Positions 9,676 through 18,669 of a stretch of 64,000 nucleotides of DNA are shown here, piece after piece; positions within the stretch are counted from its first letter, which is position 1; every line of letters begins with the position of its first letter. Location: contig JABHSK010000007.1 of the NCBI GenBank assembly GCA_018669975.1, positions 390-64,389 on the forward strand. The letters are read 5' to 3'. The translations under genes were made by a program, and so were the position numbers. The DNA is from Candidatus Parcubacteria bacterium (GTDB lineage Bacteria; Patescibacteriota; Patescibacteriia; UBA1558; GWA2-36-10). The notes below the pieces were generated by a model, which saw nothing but the letters and a program-made list of their open reading frames with translations, had not been told where the DNA came from and did not search any database.

Positions 9676-10045
9676 TGGGCACCTCCTTTTTTTGGACTAG
9701 CTTGTAGATTATTCTCAGTGCCACCAGTATACTGATGGTCATTGATAGTCCTGTTACCAGGCTGGTACTCATACCAAAGTAGTGATAGAGAAAGCCCCCA
9801 TCATAGCCTGGGTGGCCAGATAACTTGATTAGGTGTTTTTCTAGTTGAGTCATCAGGCAGCCATCGATGGCGCGCCATTGGACAGGCACTAAAAATACAT
9901 AGGCGACACCGAGGGCAACACGAGATTTATGTTGTCTGAGAGGCTTGTTGTTCATAACAGGCCACAGAACCCAAATCATCAGGGCACCTAGTGATCCGTG
10001 TATAATAGCGATTAGATCGGCTAAAATGGCGTAAAAAGTAGCCAT
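9659..10045 (-). CDS. DUF2784-like membrane protein (paralog)
   Basis: LADLIAIIH, GCLMTQLEKHL, GYDGGFLYHY. Confidence 0.75.
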   Translation of the reverse strand: MATFYAILADLIAIIHGSLGALMIWVLWPVMNNKPLRQHKSRVALGVAYVFLVPVQWRAIDGCLMTQLEKHLIKLSGHPGYDGGFLYHYFGMSTSLVTGLSMTISILVALRIIYKLVQKKEVPSGTRN

Positions 10046-10056
10046 TGTTTTCCTCC

Positions 10057-10120
10057 TTGTTAAGGTTCGTAAACGTAAAAATACTTATAAATATAGCATA
10101 AAATAAGCATTTTGTCAATA
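10057..10120 (-). promoter_or_regulatory. Sigma70-type promoter plus GAACCTT motif; near-duplicate of 4773-4837
   Basis: TTGACA-17-TATATT then GAACCTTAACAAGGAGG. Confidence 0.7.
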
Positions 10121-10198
10121 TGGGTTGATTTATAGATAAATAAAAAAACCACCCTTCGGTTAACGCCTAGGGTGGTTTTGAGTATTTTTAAATATAAC

Positions 10199-10543
10199 TT
10201 ATTTGAAGTCCGCAACAATTTTAGCAAAAGCTTTAGGATCATTTTCAGCAATTTGTGATAGTACCTTGCGATCTAATTCACAATTGTTTTTCTTCATAGC
10301 ATCGATAAAGGTAGAGTATTTCCAGTCTAATCCTCGAAGAGCAGCGTTTAACTTTGTCTGCCATAATCTGCGATTGACTCTTTTTTTCTTGCGTCTGTCA
10401 CGTAGAGAATGTTTACCAGCATGAAGAATAGCTTCTTTAGCTTGTTTGATCTTTTTCTTACGTCCCCAACCATAACCTTTTGTTTGTTTAAGGATGTTCT
10501 TTCTTCGTTTGACGTGTGTAGTACCTCTTTTTACTCTAGGCAT
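10199..10543 (-). CDS. rplT: 50S ribosomal protein L20
   Basis: MPRVKRG...KGY.G; LDRKVL. Confidence 0.97.
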   Translation of the reverse strand: MPRVKRGTTHVKRRKNILKQTKGYGWGRKKKIKQAKEAILHAGKHSLRDRRKKKRVNRRLWQTKLNAALRGLDWKYSTFIDAMKKNNCELDRKVLSQIAENDPKAFAKIVADFK

Positions 10544-10562
10544 AATATTTCAAAAATTAAAA

Positions 10563-10757
10563 TTATAAATAAGGTAACAGTTTTTTGACTGTTTTGACAT
10601 TAGCGGTTGATATTTTTTTATCACGCTTTTTATTTCTCGTAACCTTGCCACTCTCTCTAGCATTAAAATGATTTTGTCCGCCACTGCGAATAACGATTTT
10701 TTTCTTTCCAGTCACCTTAATTCTTTTTCGGAGTGCTTTATTGGTCTTTAATTTCAT
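10563..10757 (-). CDS. rpmI: 50S ribosomal protein L35
   Basis: MKLKT.K...KRIKVTG; lies between infC and rplT. Confidence 0.95.
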   Translation of the reverse strand: MKLKTNKALRKRIKVTGKKKIVIRSGGQNHFNARESGKVTRNKKRDKKISTANVKTVKKLLPYL

Positions 10758-10761
10758 ATCT

Positions 10762-11292
10762 TTAATTATTTTTACTGATGGTAACAGATAAGGTAGGTCC
10801 TTGTGCTTGGATGTCCTTGTCCATTTTGTATTCTATTCCTAATGATTCTAAAAATTGTTTAATTTTTTCTCTAGCCTTTGGTTTAAAAGCGCGTTCTCTA
10901 CCTTTGAGTCTCAATTCTACTTTAACATTGTGTCCTTGATCCAAAAATTTAGTAACTTGTTTTTTCTTGACTAGTAGATCGTGCTCACCAATTTTAAACG
11001 ACAGACGTACACCCTTGGTCTCAACTTTCTTAGCTTTTTGTTGAGTTCTATTTTGTTTATACTGAAATTTACCGTAGTCCATGATTCTACAGACAGGAGG
11101 CTTAGCAACAGGGGATACTTCGACAAGATCAAAGCCACGCTCTTGAGCCATGGTTAATGCTTGCGAGGTCTCCAAAACACCCAACTGTTCACCTTTTTCA
11201 TCTATGACCATTACTTCTGGTACACGGATCCAGTTGTTGATTCGGAATCGTTTAGTTTGAATTTTCGCTTTATTGCGTCTTTTGGTTCTAAT
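10762..11292 (-). CDS. infC: Translation initiation factor IF-3, ATT start
   Basis: GEQLGV, DLVEVSP..KPPVCRIMDYGKF; frame extends to ATT at 11292 and includes the conserved RINN.IRVPEV. Confidence 0.93.
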   Translation of the reverse strand: MRTKRRNKAKIQTKRFRINNWIRVPEVMVIDEKGEQLGVLETSQALTMAQERGFDLVEVSPVAKPPVCRIMDYGKFQYKQNRTQQKAKKVETKGVRLSFKIGEHDLLVKKKQVTKFLDQGHNVKVELRLKGRERAFKPKAREKIKQFLESLGIEYKMDKDIQAQGPTLSVTISKNN

Positions 11293-11380
11293 AAGTTTAT
11301 TTTAATTTTTTAGTAGCCTTCTTGATCCTTTAGGGATTTTGAAAACATATTGATAAAACAATGATGATAAGTATAATTTT

Positions 11381-11764
11381 TGGTGGAGATGAGGGGTATC
11401 ACACCCCTGTCTATCATAAGTCCTAATATACATCTACAAGCTTAGTTAATTTTGTATTTAAACTATTGGCTAAAAAATCAACAAAAAACCAATAATCGAT
11501 TCAGTTTGGGGGTTCGGAATATTCATACTGAAGCTAAATATGTCCTAGCCTGATGAAATGACGTCCCTAATTAACCTCAGGCAAATTAGTTTAGAGACGG
11601 TCGAAGCAAATTTATGCTAAGACTGGTGAAAGTTGTGGGACTTGAAACAAGTCTTTAACTTTCGCAAATGTATTTTTTACACTTATTTTAGTCGATTTTT
11701 AATGAGATCGGGAACTCAACATGCAGTATATTATTTCAAATGACATCGAATAAAAAACATCCCC
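11381..11764 (-). ncRNA. ssrA: tmRNA
   Basis: 5' GGGGATG pairs with 3' CATCTCC-A-CCA (G3:U70); starts 4 nt after smpB stop; tag frame VKNTFAKVKDLFQVPQLSPVLA* follows ATAAGT. Confidence 0.93.
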
Positions 11765-11768
11765 ATAA

Positions 11769-12221
11769 TTAAAAACTCTGTATTTTACTTATGATTCTAC
11801 GTTTGATATCTCTTTTCTTGATGTCTTGTCGTTTGTCAAATTTCCTTTTTCCTTTAACCAAGGCTATTTTTACCTTAATTAGTCTGCGCGTAGTATACAC
11901 TGAAAGGGGGATCATTGTCAAGCCCTTTTCATTGGTTTTGCCTTGTAAATAGTGGATTTCCTTCTTGCTTAGGAGTAACTTACGATCCCGTTCTGGATTG
12001 TAGTCTTTAAGACTGGAAAAAGAAGCTTTTTGATACGGAGAAATATACATTTTCTTTATCCAGGCCTGATTATCCTTGATAGAAACAAAGGAACCCTTGA
12101 GGCTTAAATGGCTTTGTTTTACAGATTTGACCTCATGGCCAGTCAATACTAAACCAGCTACAAATTCTTCAACGATTTTGTACTCATAGCCTGCTCGTTT
12201 ATTTTTGGCCAAAATTGACAT
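11769..12221 (-). CDS. smpB: SsrA-binding protein
   Basis: NKRA..EY, AGLVLTGHEVKS, RKLLL, KGKRKFDKR. Confidence 0.97.
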   Translation of the reverse strand: MSILAKNKRAGYEYKIVEEFVAGLVLTGHEVKSVKQSHLSLKGSFVSIKDNQAWIKKMYISPYQKASFSSLKDYNPERDRKLLLSKKEIHYLQGKTNEKGLTMIPLSVYTTRRLIKVKIALVKGKRKFDKRQDIKKRDIKRRIISKIQSF

Positions 12222-12422
12222 GACACTTCTAAAATGATATAAAAATTTAATAGCTAATTTGCTATTCGCTTTAAAGATAGCACATTTTAGGGTTCTTTTA
12301 AAGATAAGTAGTCGTTTGGACTATGATAGAAATTAATAACATTATAACCCTGCTAATGATGGGGTTTTTACTTGACATAATGCATGTTTTATGTTTAGAT
12401 AAGACATCTTGAAGATAAAGAT

Positions 12423-12590
12423 TGCTGGTGGTTTGTAAGCTATCTTGTCAGTGCTAAGTTTATTCACGCCCCTCCTTGTGTATAAATTTAGTTTTATAAA
12501 GGATATAGATCTTTATGATTTAAACCCTTTATACTGGCAAATAGCTTAAAGATCGTCAGTATTGCCTCAAATATTATTTTGGGGTTTTTA
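12423..12590 (+). ncRNA. Candidate structured ncRNA with anti-SD loop and terminator
   Basis: Closing stem 12423-12452/12533-12561 with G-U pairs favouring the + strand; inner hairpin loop GCCCCTCCTT; TTGACA at 12372; hairpin plus T run at 12564-12590. Confidence 0.65.
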
Positions 12591-12640
12591 TTTTGGGCAA
12601 TTTGTAATATAATAGAGTTATAAGTATTAATGATTATCCA

Positions 12641-12862
12641 ATGTTAGGATTAATTTTTGTGATCGTTGGAATTTTAATGTTACTGGAAAGAATGGATGTG
12701 ATCTCAGGTGGATTTTGGGAATATCTATGGCCAGTAGTATTAATAGTTTTTGGTTTTAGTCTCATAGACAAACACAAATCAAATTTATGTGGTTGTTTCG
12801 GTGGATCTAAACAACACGGGAAGAAAAAACATGAAGGCCGCAAGATCGTAGACGAGCAATAA
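12641..12862 (+). CDS. Small membrane protein (DUF5668/LiaF-TM-like)
   Basis: GLIFVIVGILMLL...LWPVVLIVFG. Confidence 0.7.
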   Translation: MLGLIFVIVGILMLLERMDVISGGFWEYLWPVVLIVFGFSLIDKHKSNLCGCFGGSKQHGKKKHEGRKIVDEQ

Positions 12863-13269
12863 TGTTTAATATAAAAGGGGAAAAGCAAAGTCAGGTGGAA
12901 ATTAAAAAGTCCAAGTTTTTAGGCTTTGTTTTTTGTGTAGATAGTATTGAAGCAGCTAAAAGTCATTTAGATAAACTAAAAAAAGACTATAAGGATGCAC
13001 GGCATGTGGTTTATGCTTATCGCCTAGAAGAGTCTGGTGTGCTACGAGAAAAATTTGACAACAACAAAGAGCCTGGAGGATCAGCTGGTCAGCCATTATT
13101 ATATCTACTTCAGAAAAAAGATATTATTAATTGTTTAATAGTAGTAGTGCGATATTTTGGGGGTACCAAATTAGGAGTGGGTGGATTAATGCGTGCTTAC
13201 ACAAAGGCTGGTCAGGGAACATTGCTAGATAATTTAAAAGAAAATGGAGGAGAGGAGCATAAAAATTGA
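12862..13269 (+). CDS. YigZ/IMPACT family protein
   Basis: IKKSKFLG, ARHVVYAYR, EPGGSAG.P, VVRYFGGTKLGVGGL.RAY. Confidence 0.92.
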   Translation: MFNIKGEKQSQVEIKKSKFLGFVFCVDSIEAAKSHLDKLKKDYKDARHVVYAYRLEESGVLREKFDNNKEPGGSAGQPLLYLLQKKDIINCLIVVVRYFGGTKLGVGGLMRAYTKAGQGTLLDNLKENGGEEHKN

Positions 13270-13801
13270 CGGACAAGAGTATAGTTATAAATTGCGTCGT
13301 AAAAAACGGGTCAAATATATTCGTTTGATGATTGAGAGTGACGGCTCTTTGGTGGTTAGTGCACCTAAGACTTACCCGGTTTTTTTGATTAAGCAGTTTA
13401 TTTCTAGTCGTTGGGATTGGGTGGTTGTTAATTTGGCCAAAATGAAGAGTAATCCTAGTATTTTGCATGTGCAGCATTCACCAAGTCAGATTAAGAAATA
13501 TAAAGAAATAACCAGAGAATTAACGCAGCGACGTTTAAAATATTTTAATCAGTACTATCAGTTGTCTTATCGGCGTATTTCTATCCGTAATCAGAAAACT
13601 AGATGGGGTAGCTGTTCATCAGATAATAATTTGAACTTTAATTATCGTTTGTGTCTGCTACCGTCAGAAATCGCTGATTATATTATTGTTCATGAGCTCT
13701 GTCATTTGGCAGAAATGAATCATTCTGTCAAATTTTGGCGGGTGGTTGAAAAGACAATTCCTGACTATAAATTTTTAGAAAAGAGATTAAAGAAAATTTA
13801 G
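13244..13801 (+). CDS. YgjP/DUF45 M48-like metallo-hydrolase
   Basis: QKTRWGSCS, DYIIVHELCHL.EMNHS..FW. Confidence 0.9.
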   Translation: MEERSIKIDGQEYSYKLRRKKRVKYIRLMIESDGSLVVSAPKTYPVFLIKQFISSRWDWVVVNLAKMKSNPSILHVQHSPSQIKKYKEITRELTQRRLKYFNQYYQLSYRRISIRNQKTRWGSCSSDNNLNFNYRLCLLPSEIADYIIVHELCHLAEMNHSVKFWRVVEKTIPDYKFLEKRLKKI

Positions 13802-13932
13802 CTAACATTAGCTAAATTTTTTAGTTGATAAAAGGCAGGACTTTTGGTAAAATTAGTAAACAAGAATACGATAATATACCTTGTTTTTTTACGACATCGT
13901 AAAAAAATATTTAAAAATATAAGATCAATATT

Positions 13933-14451
13933 ATGGCAGAAAAAAAACATCAGCGCCCGTCATGGGACGAATATTTCATGGATATAGCTAGAGCTGTGGC
14001 TACTAGGGGTACTTGTGATCGGGGACGCAGTGGTTGTGTCATTGTTAAAGATAAGCAAATTTTAGTGACCGGTTATGTCGGTTCACCGGTTGGTTTGGCT
14101 CATTGTGATGATGTTGAACATTTGATGCATAAAGAAATCAATGATGATGAGAGTATTAGTAATCATTGCGTGAGAACTATTCATGCTGAGCAAAATGCGA
14201 TTGTGCAGGCTGCTAAACGTGGGATTGCTTTAGATGGGTCGGCAGTTTATTGTAAGATGACTCCTTGTCGAGTTTGTGCCATGATGATTATTAATTGTGG
14301 CATCGAGAGGGTGATTTGTGAAAAAAGATATCATGCCGGCGGATTGTCCGAGGAGATGTTCAAAGAGGCGGGTGTTAAAATGGAGTTTATTGACGAGAGC
14401 CTAGAGGAATATGAGGGTATGACTGAGCCAGCTCCAAATAAAAAGAAATAA
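13933..14451 (+). CDS. dCMP deaminase (ComEB-like)
   Basis: RPSWDEYFM, HAEQNAI, PCRVC. Confidence 0.92.
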   Translation: MAEKKHQRPSWDEYFMDIARAVATRGTCDRGRSGCVIVKDKQILVTGYVGSPVGLAHCDDVEHLMHKEINDDESISNHCVRTIHAEQNAIVQAAKRGIALDGSAVYCKMTPCRVCAMMIINCGIERVICEKRYHAGGLSEEMFKEAGVKMEFIDESLEEYEGMTEPAPNKKK

Positions 14452-14453
14452 TT

Positions 14454-14999
14454 ATGGAAGATAAAATAATTTTAGGGTTTACAGGTCTGATGGCCTGCGG
14501 TAAAGGTACAGCGGCAAAATATTTGGCAGAAAAATATAATGCCGATACTTTTCGTTTTTCTACTATGTTGAGAGATGTTTTAGATCGTCTTTATTTACCT
14601 AAATCTAGAAAAAACTTTCAAATCATATCACCATTACTCAGGGAAACATTTGGTCAGGATTTGATGGCCAAGGTAATGGCTAAAGATGTGGAGAATGCTG
14701 ATAGTAGGATTATTGCTATAGATGGCATGAGGCGTCCAGCAGATATAGAATATTTAAAAAAAATGTCAGGCTTTAGAATGGTAGCCATAGATGTGGAGGC
14801 TAAAATACGTTATGAAAGATTAAAGGATAGAGCAGAAAATTCAGGTGATCAAGAAAAAACTTGGGAACAATTTCAGAAAGAGCACGAGGCAGAAACTGAA
14901 ATTTATATTCCAGAGTTAATGAAACAGGCCGACGTGACTGTTAATAACGACGGTACCCTGGAAGAGCTCTATAAACAATTAGATAAATTAATAACTTAG
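14454..14999 (+). CDS. P-loop nucleoside monophosphate kinase (dephospho-CoA kinase/dNMP kinase-like)
   Basis: GLMACGKGT Walker A; IDGMR; NDGTLEEL. Confidence 0.75.
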   Translation: MEDKIILGFTGLMACGKGTAAKYLAEKYNADTFRFSTMLRDVLDRLYLPKSRKNFQIISPLLRETFGQDLMAKVMAKDVENADSRIIAIDGMRRPADIEYLKKMSGFRMVAIDVEAKIRYERLKDRAENSGDQEKTWEQFQKEHEAETEIYIPELMKQADVTVNNDGTLEELYKQLDKLIT

Positions 15000-15006
15000 T
15001 ATATTT

Positions 15007-16359
15007 ATGTCTATTGAATCACTCAAGCATACAGTCAAAGAATTAAATGGCGGGGGCATGGTCATGATATTGGATACCGGTGCGGTTATTGGTCCAGAAT
15101 CACAGGCTATGATACAAGCACTTCATTCTCGTTCAACTGGTGGTGTTAAGCATCACTTAGAAATATTGGCTAAAAAAGGTGCAGAAAACTTTATGGCCAA
15201 TTTTTATGTTGGATATGGTCATAAGTCAATTGGTGATTGCGGTACCATTACTTTATTCATAGAAGGTATTTCTATGTTAGCTGCTAAGGCTATTCAGGAT
15301 TGGGCATTATATAGTGGGCAAGAGGCATCCACTCGTTATGTGGATTTTTCTAAACAAGCTTTTATTGATCCAGTCGGAAGTAAAGAATCAAATGAAATTT
15401 TAGAAAATTGGCGCCAGTTTTATTTAGATTCCAGAGCACCAGTAGAAGCGCATCTCAAAGAACAGTTTCCTATTCAAGAAGGGGAAACAGAAAAAATTTA
15501 TGATAAGGCTATTAGTGCCCGAGGTTTTGATATCTTACGTGGATTCTTACCAGCTGGTGCTTCCACTAATATTGCCTGGCATAGTAATATGAGGCAGGTG
15601 GCTGATAAACTGGCCTTGTTACGGCATCATCCGTTGGAAGAGGTTAAACATATTGCTGATAAAATACAGGAGGCTTTGTTGGAGTCTTATCCTAGCTCTT
15701 TTAGTCATGAAATATTTGAAACAACTGAAAATTATAATCATCAATGGATGAACGAGGATTACTATTTTACTCATGAAGCTTATCCAAAGACTAGTATATT
15801 ATATAATGGTATTGATACAGAGTTATTAAAAACTCATAAAAAAGTTTTGGAAGCCAGGCCATTCAAAACAGAAATTCCCAAATTTGTGGCTCAAACTGGA
15901 ATGGTTCAATTTGGCTTTATGTTAGATTTTGGTTCATTTCGTGATATTCAGAGGCATCGAGCCGTGACTCAACGTATGCCACTTTTAACTACCGAACATG
16001 GTTTGGAGCAATTCTATTTAGATTCACTGCCAGAGGATGTTAGGAAAAAGGCAGGAGAGATAGTTGCTTCACAAGAAGAAAAAATAAAAAAACTTAAGTT
16101 AGAGCCGGAAACTGCACAGTATTATACAGCTATGGGTTATAATTTACCGAATAGAATTGCAGGAGACTTACCAGCTTTGGTTTATTTGGTAGAGTTGCGT
16201 GCTACTAGATTTGTTCATCCAACTTTACAAAAACGAGCTATTGAAATGGCTAATATTTTGGAAAAAGAATTCGGTAGTTACGGTTTAAAACTTTATCTAG
16301 ATGAAGATCCTGGTCGTTTTGATGTTAAGCGTGGTGAGCATGATATTGTTATGAAATAA
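15007..16359 (+). CDS. thyX: FAD-dependent thymidylate synthase, tandem-domain type
   Basis: YGHKSIGD, QEASTRYV, RGFLPAG, FRDIQRHR; dTTP operon context. Confidence 0.85.
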   Translation: MSIESLKHTVKELNGGGMVMILDTGAVIGPESQAMIQALHSRSTGGVKHHLEILAKKGAENFMANFYVGYGHKSIGDCGTITLFIEGISMLAAKAIQDWALYSGQEASTRYVDFSKQAFIDPVGSKESNEILENWRQFYLDSRAPVEAHLKEQFPIQEGETEKIYDKAISARGFDILRGFLPAGASTNIAWHSNMRQVADKLALLRHHPLEEVKHIADKIQEALLESYPSSFSHEIFETTENYNHQWMNEDYYFTHEAYPKTSILYNGIDTELLKTHKKVLEARPFKTEIPKFVAQTGMVQFGFMLDFGSFRDIQRHRAVTQRMPLLTTEHGLEQFYLDSLPEDVRKKAGEIVASQEEKIKKLKLEPETAQYYTAMGYNLPNRIAGDLPALVYLVELRATRFVHPTLQKRAIEMANILEKEFGSYGLKLYLDEDPGRFDVKRGEHDIVMK

Positions 16360-16838
16360 TGACAGTTGGTATTATTGCGGTTATAGATAGAAATTTGGGC
16401 ATTGGCAAAGATGGAAAGATGTTGGCTGATTTACCACCAGATCTAAAGTATTTTAAAAAAATTACTTTGAATCACATGGTTATTATGGGCAGGAAGACTC
16501 ACCAGTCCATAGCTAAAATTTTATCAGATAGAACTAACATTGTTTTAAGTAAGAATTCAGAGTTTAAAGTAAAAGGTTGTCTAGTTTTGTCTTCAATTAA
16601 AGAAGCCATTGAATATGCTAAGCAGGCTAAGGAAACAGAAGTATTTATTATTGGCGGAGGAGATATTTATGATCAGGCTATAAAGTATGCCGATAAATTG
16701 TATCTGACTTTAGTAGATGCTGAGTGGTCAGCTGATACATTTTTTCCAAAGTATAAAGAATTTAAAAATTTGATTTCGGAATCAGAAGAGCAAGAGTATA
16801 AAGGTTTAAAATTTAAATATATTGAATTAAGTAAATAA
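16359..16838 (+). CDS. folA: Dihydrofolate reductase
   Basis: GIGKDG, DLKYFK, IMGRKT, FIIGGG.IY, ADTFFP. Confidence 0.93.
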   Translation: MTVGIIAVIDRNLGIGKDGKMLADLPPDLKYFKKITLNHMVIMGRKTHQSIAKILSDRTNIVLSKNSEFKVKGCLVLSSIKEAIEYAKQAKETEVFIIGGGDIYDQAIKYADKLYLTLVDAEWSADTFFPKYKEFKNLISESEEQEYKGLKFKYIELSK

Positions 16839-17261
16839 ATGGAAATAAAGACTAAAAAACTTCATCCAGATTCTCAGCTACCTCAGATGATGAGGGAAGG
16901 CGATGCCGCTATGGATTTTTATGCTTATAAAGATTATTTGATTGAGTCAGGAGTTAAGGTGGTGGTAGAAACTGGCGTGGCTATTGCTATACCGCGTGGT
17001 TATTGGGGCAATGTTCGTGATCGCAGTGGTTTGGCTGGTAAGCACAATATTCATACTATGGCCGGTGTCATGGATTCTAATTATCGTGGTGAAGTACAGA
17101 TAGTAATGATAAATTTAGGTAAAGAAGAATATCAGATAAAGAAGGGTGACCGTATTTGTCAGATGATAATATCTAGACATGAAGATTTGGAAGTCATGGA
17201 AGTAGATGAGTTAGATGAGACTAACCGTGGAGACAGCCGTTTTGCCTCCAGTGGTTATTAA
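16839..17261 (+). CDS. dut: dUTP diphosphatase
   Basis: RSGLA, GVMDSNYRGE, GDRICQ, RGD..FASSG. Confidence 0.95.
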   Translation: MEIKTKKLHPDSQLPQMMREGDAAMDFYAYKDYLIESGVKVVVETGVAIAIPRGYWGNVRDRSGLAGKHNIHTMAGVMDSNYRGEVQIVMINLGKEEYQIKKGDRICQMIISRHEDLEVMEVDELDETNRGDSRFASSGY

Positions 17262-17319
17262 TTTTATTAAGATCTTTTTTAAATAATGCAATCAACACAA
17301 GCAAAGAAAGGAGGAAGTC

Positions 17320-17919
17320 ATGCAGATTTTTCTTGATGGTGCTTTAGAGATGTACCGTGGTGGCTTCATTTATGTAATAACGGGTTCGATGTTTTCTGGT
17401 AAAACTGGTAAGTTGATAAGAAACTTACGTCGGGTGGAGATCCGCAACAAGTACGCAGAAGACAAAAAGAAAATTGTTTTGTTCAAACCTCAGAAGGACG
17501 ATCGTCATCAGACTAGCGAAGTGGTTTCTCACAACGATTACAAGTTTGAAGCAGTGGTGGTGCCAGATGTGGTAGCTATTGCAGCTTGGGTGGAGGAACA
17601 TCAACCAGATATCATCGCTATCGATGAAGTCCAATTTTTTGATGTGCTAGAGCTCTTAGCTTTGTTGATCAAGCTAGCCGATCAAGGCAAGGCAATTATT
17701 TTGACAGTTCTAGATCAAGATTTTGCCTGCCGGCCTTTTGATGGTGTTGCTGAGCTTTTTGCTGAAGCAGAAATCTTGGAAAAATTGCATCCTATTTGTG
17801 AGGGTTGTGGCAAACGTGCTTCACGTAGTTTTCGTTTGTCTGACTCAGACAAGGTTATCCAGGTGGGTGGTAAGGAAGCTTATATTCCTTTGTGCCGTGC
17901 TTGTCGCAATGAACACTAA
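17320..17919 (+). CDS. tdk: Thymidine kinase
   Basis: GSMFSGKT, IDEVQFF, CEGC and CRAC zinc motifs. Confidence 0.93.
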   Translation: MQIFLDGALEMYRGGFIYVITGSMFSGKTGKLIRNLRRVEIRNKYAEDKKKIVLFKPQKDDRHQTSEVVSHNDYKFEAVVVPDVVAIAAWVEEHQPDIIAIDEVQFFDVLELLALLIKLADQGKAIILTVLDQDFACRPFDGVAELFAEAEILEKLHPICEGCGKRASRSFRLSDSDKVIQVGGKEAYIPLCRACRNEH

Positions 17920-17977
17920 TAATATTACCCCTTTGCTTGCAGAGGGGCTTTTTTTATCAAACAGATTGTGATATATT

Positions 17978-18661
17978 ATGACTATGAAAAAAGGAAAATT
18001 TATTGTAATTGACGGAACCGACGGTTCAGGTAAAGCAACTCAAGTTGGTATTTTAGAAGAGCGTCTAAAGAAAGAGGGTTACGATGTGGCTGTGATTGAT
18101 TTTCCTCGTTATGGGCATCCAGCAGCATATTTTGTAGAAAAGTATCTTAACGGTGAGTATGGTGGAGTGGAGGAAGTTGGCCCTAAAATGGGTTCAACCT
18201 TTTATGCTTTAGATCGTTTTGATGCCAAGCCTGAGACTAAAAAATTTCTTGAGCAAGGAAAAATAGTTTTAGCTAATCGTTATGTATCAGCTAGTATGGG
18301 CCACCAGGGTTCAAAAATTTCTGACCTTAACAAAAGAAAAGACTTCCTAGATTGGTTATACGAATTGGAGTACGATATTTTGCAAATACCAAAGCCAGAG
18401 GCAAATATCATTTTGCATGTTACAGCTGATATTAGCCAGAAATTAGTAGATAAAAAAGGTCATCGTGATTATGTGGGCGGTGAAAAGAGGGATTTGCATG
18501 AGGGCAACCTGGAGCATTTAAAAGCTGCGGAAGCTACTTATTTGCAAATTGCCAAAGATTATCCAGACTTTGATTTAATTGAATGTGTTAAAGATGGAGA
18601 AATTATGACTCGAGAAGATATACACGAGCTTATTTGGGCAAAAGTTAAAGAATTGCTATAA
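17978..18661 (+). CDS. tmk: Thymidylate kinase
   Basis: FIVIDGTDGSGKATQ, FPRY, ALDRF, NRYVSAS. Confidence 0.92.
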   Translation: MTMKKGKFIVIDGTDGSGKATQVGILEERLKKEGYDVAVIDFPRYGHPAAYFVEKYLNGEYGGVEEVGPKMGSTFYALDRFDAKPETKKFLEQGKIVLANRYVSASMGHQGSKISDLNKRKDFLDWLYELEYDILQIPKPEANIILHVTADISQKLVDKKGHRDYVGGEKRDLHEGNLEHLKAAEATYLQIAKDYPDFDLIECVKDGEIMTREDIHELIWAKVKELL

Positions 18662-18669
18662 TAAAAACA

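Noticed and set aside
11212-11292. Non-ATG start of infC as a novelty
   Set aside because: ATT initiation of infC is well-established autoregulation
12342-12467. Minus-strand ~41-codon GTG ORF with AAGGAGG upstream (possible type I toxin)
   Set aside because: SD spacing is very short, the peptide is not strongly hydrophobic, and G-U pairs and terminator polarity favour a + strand RNA
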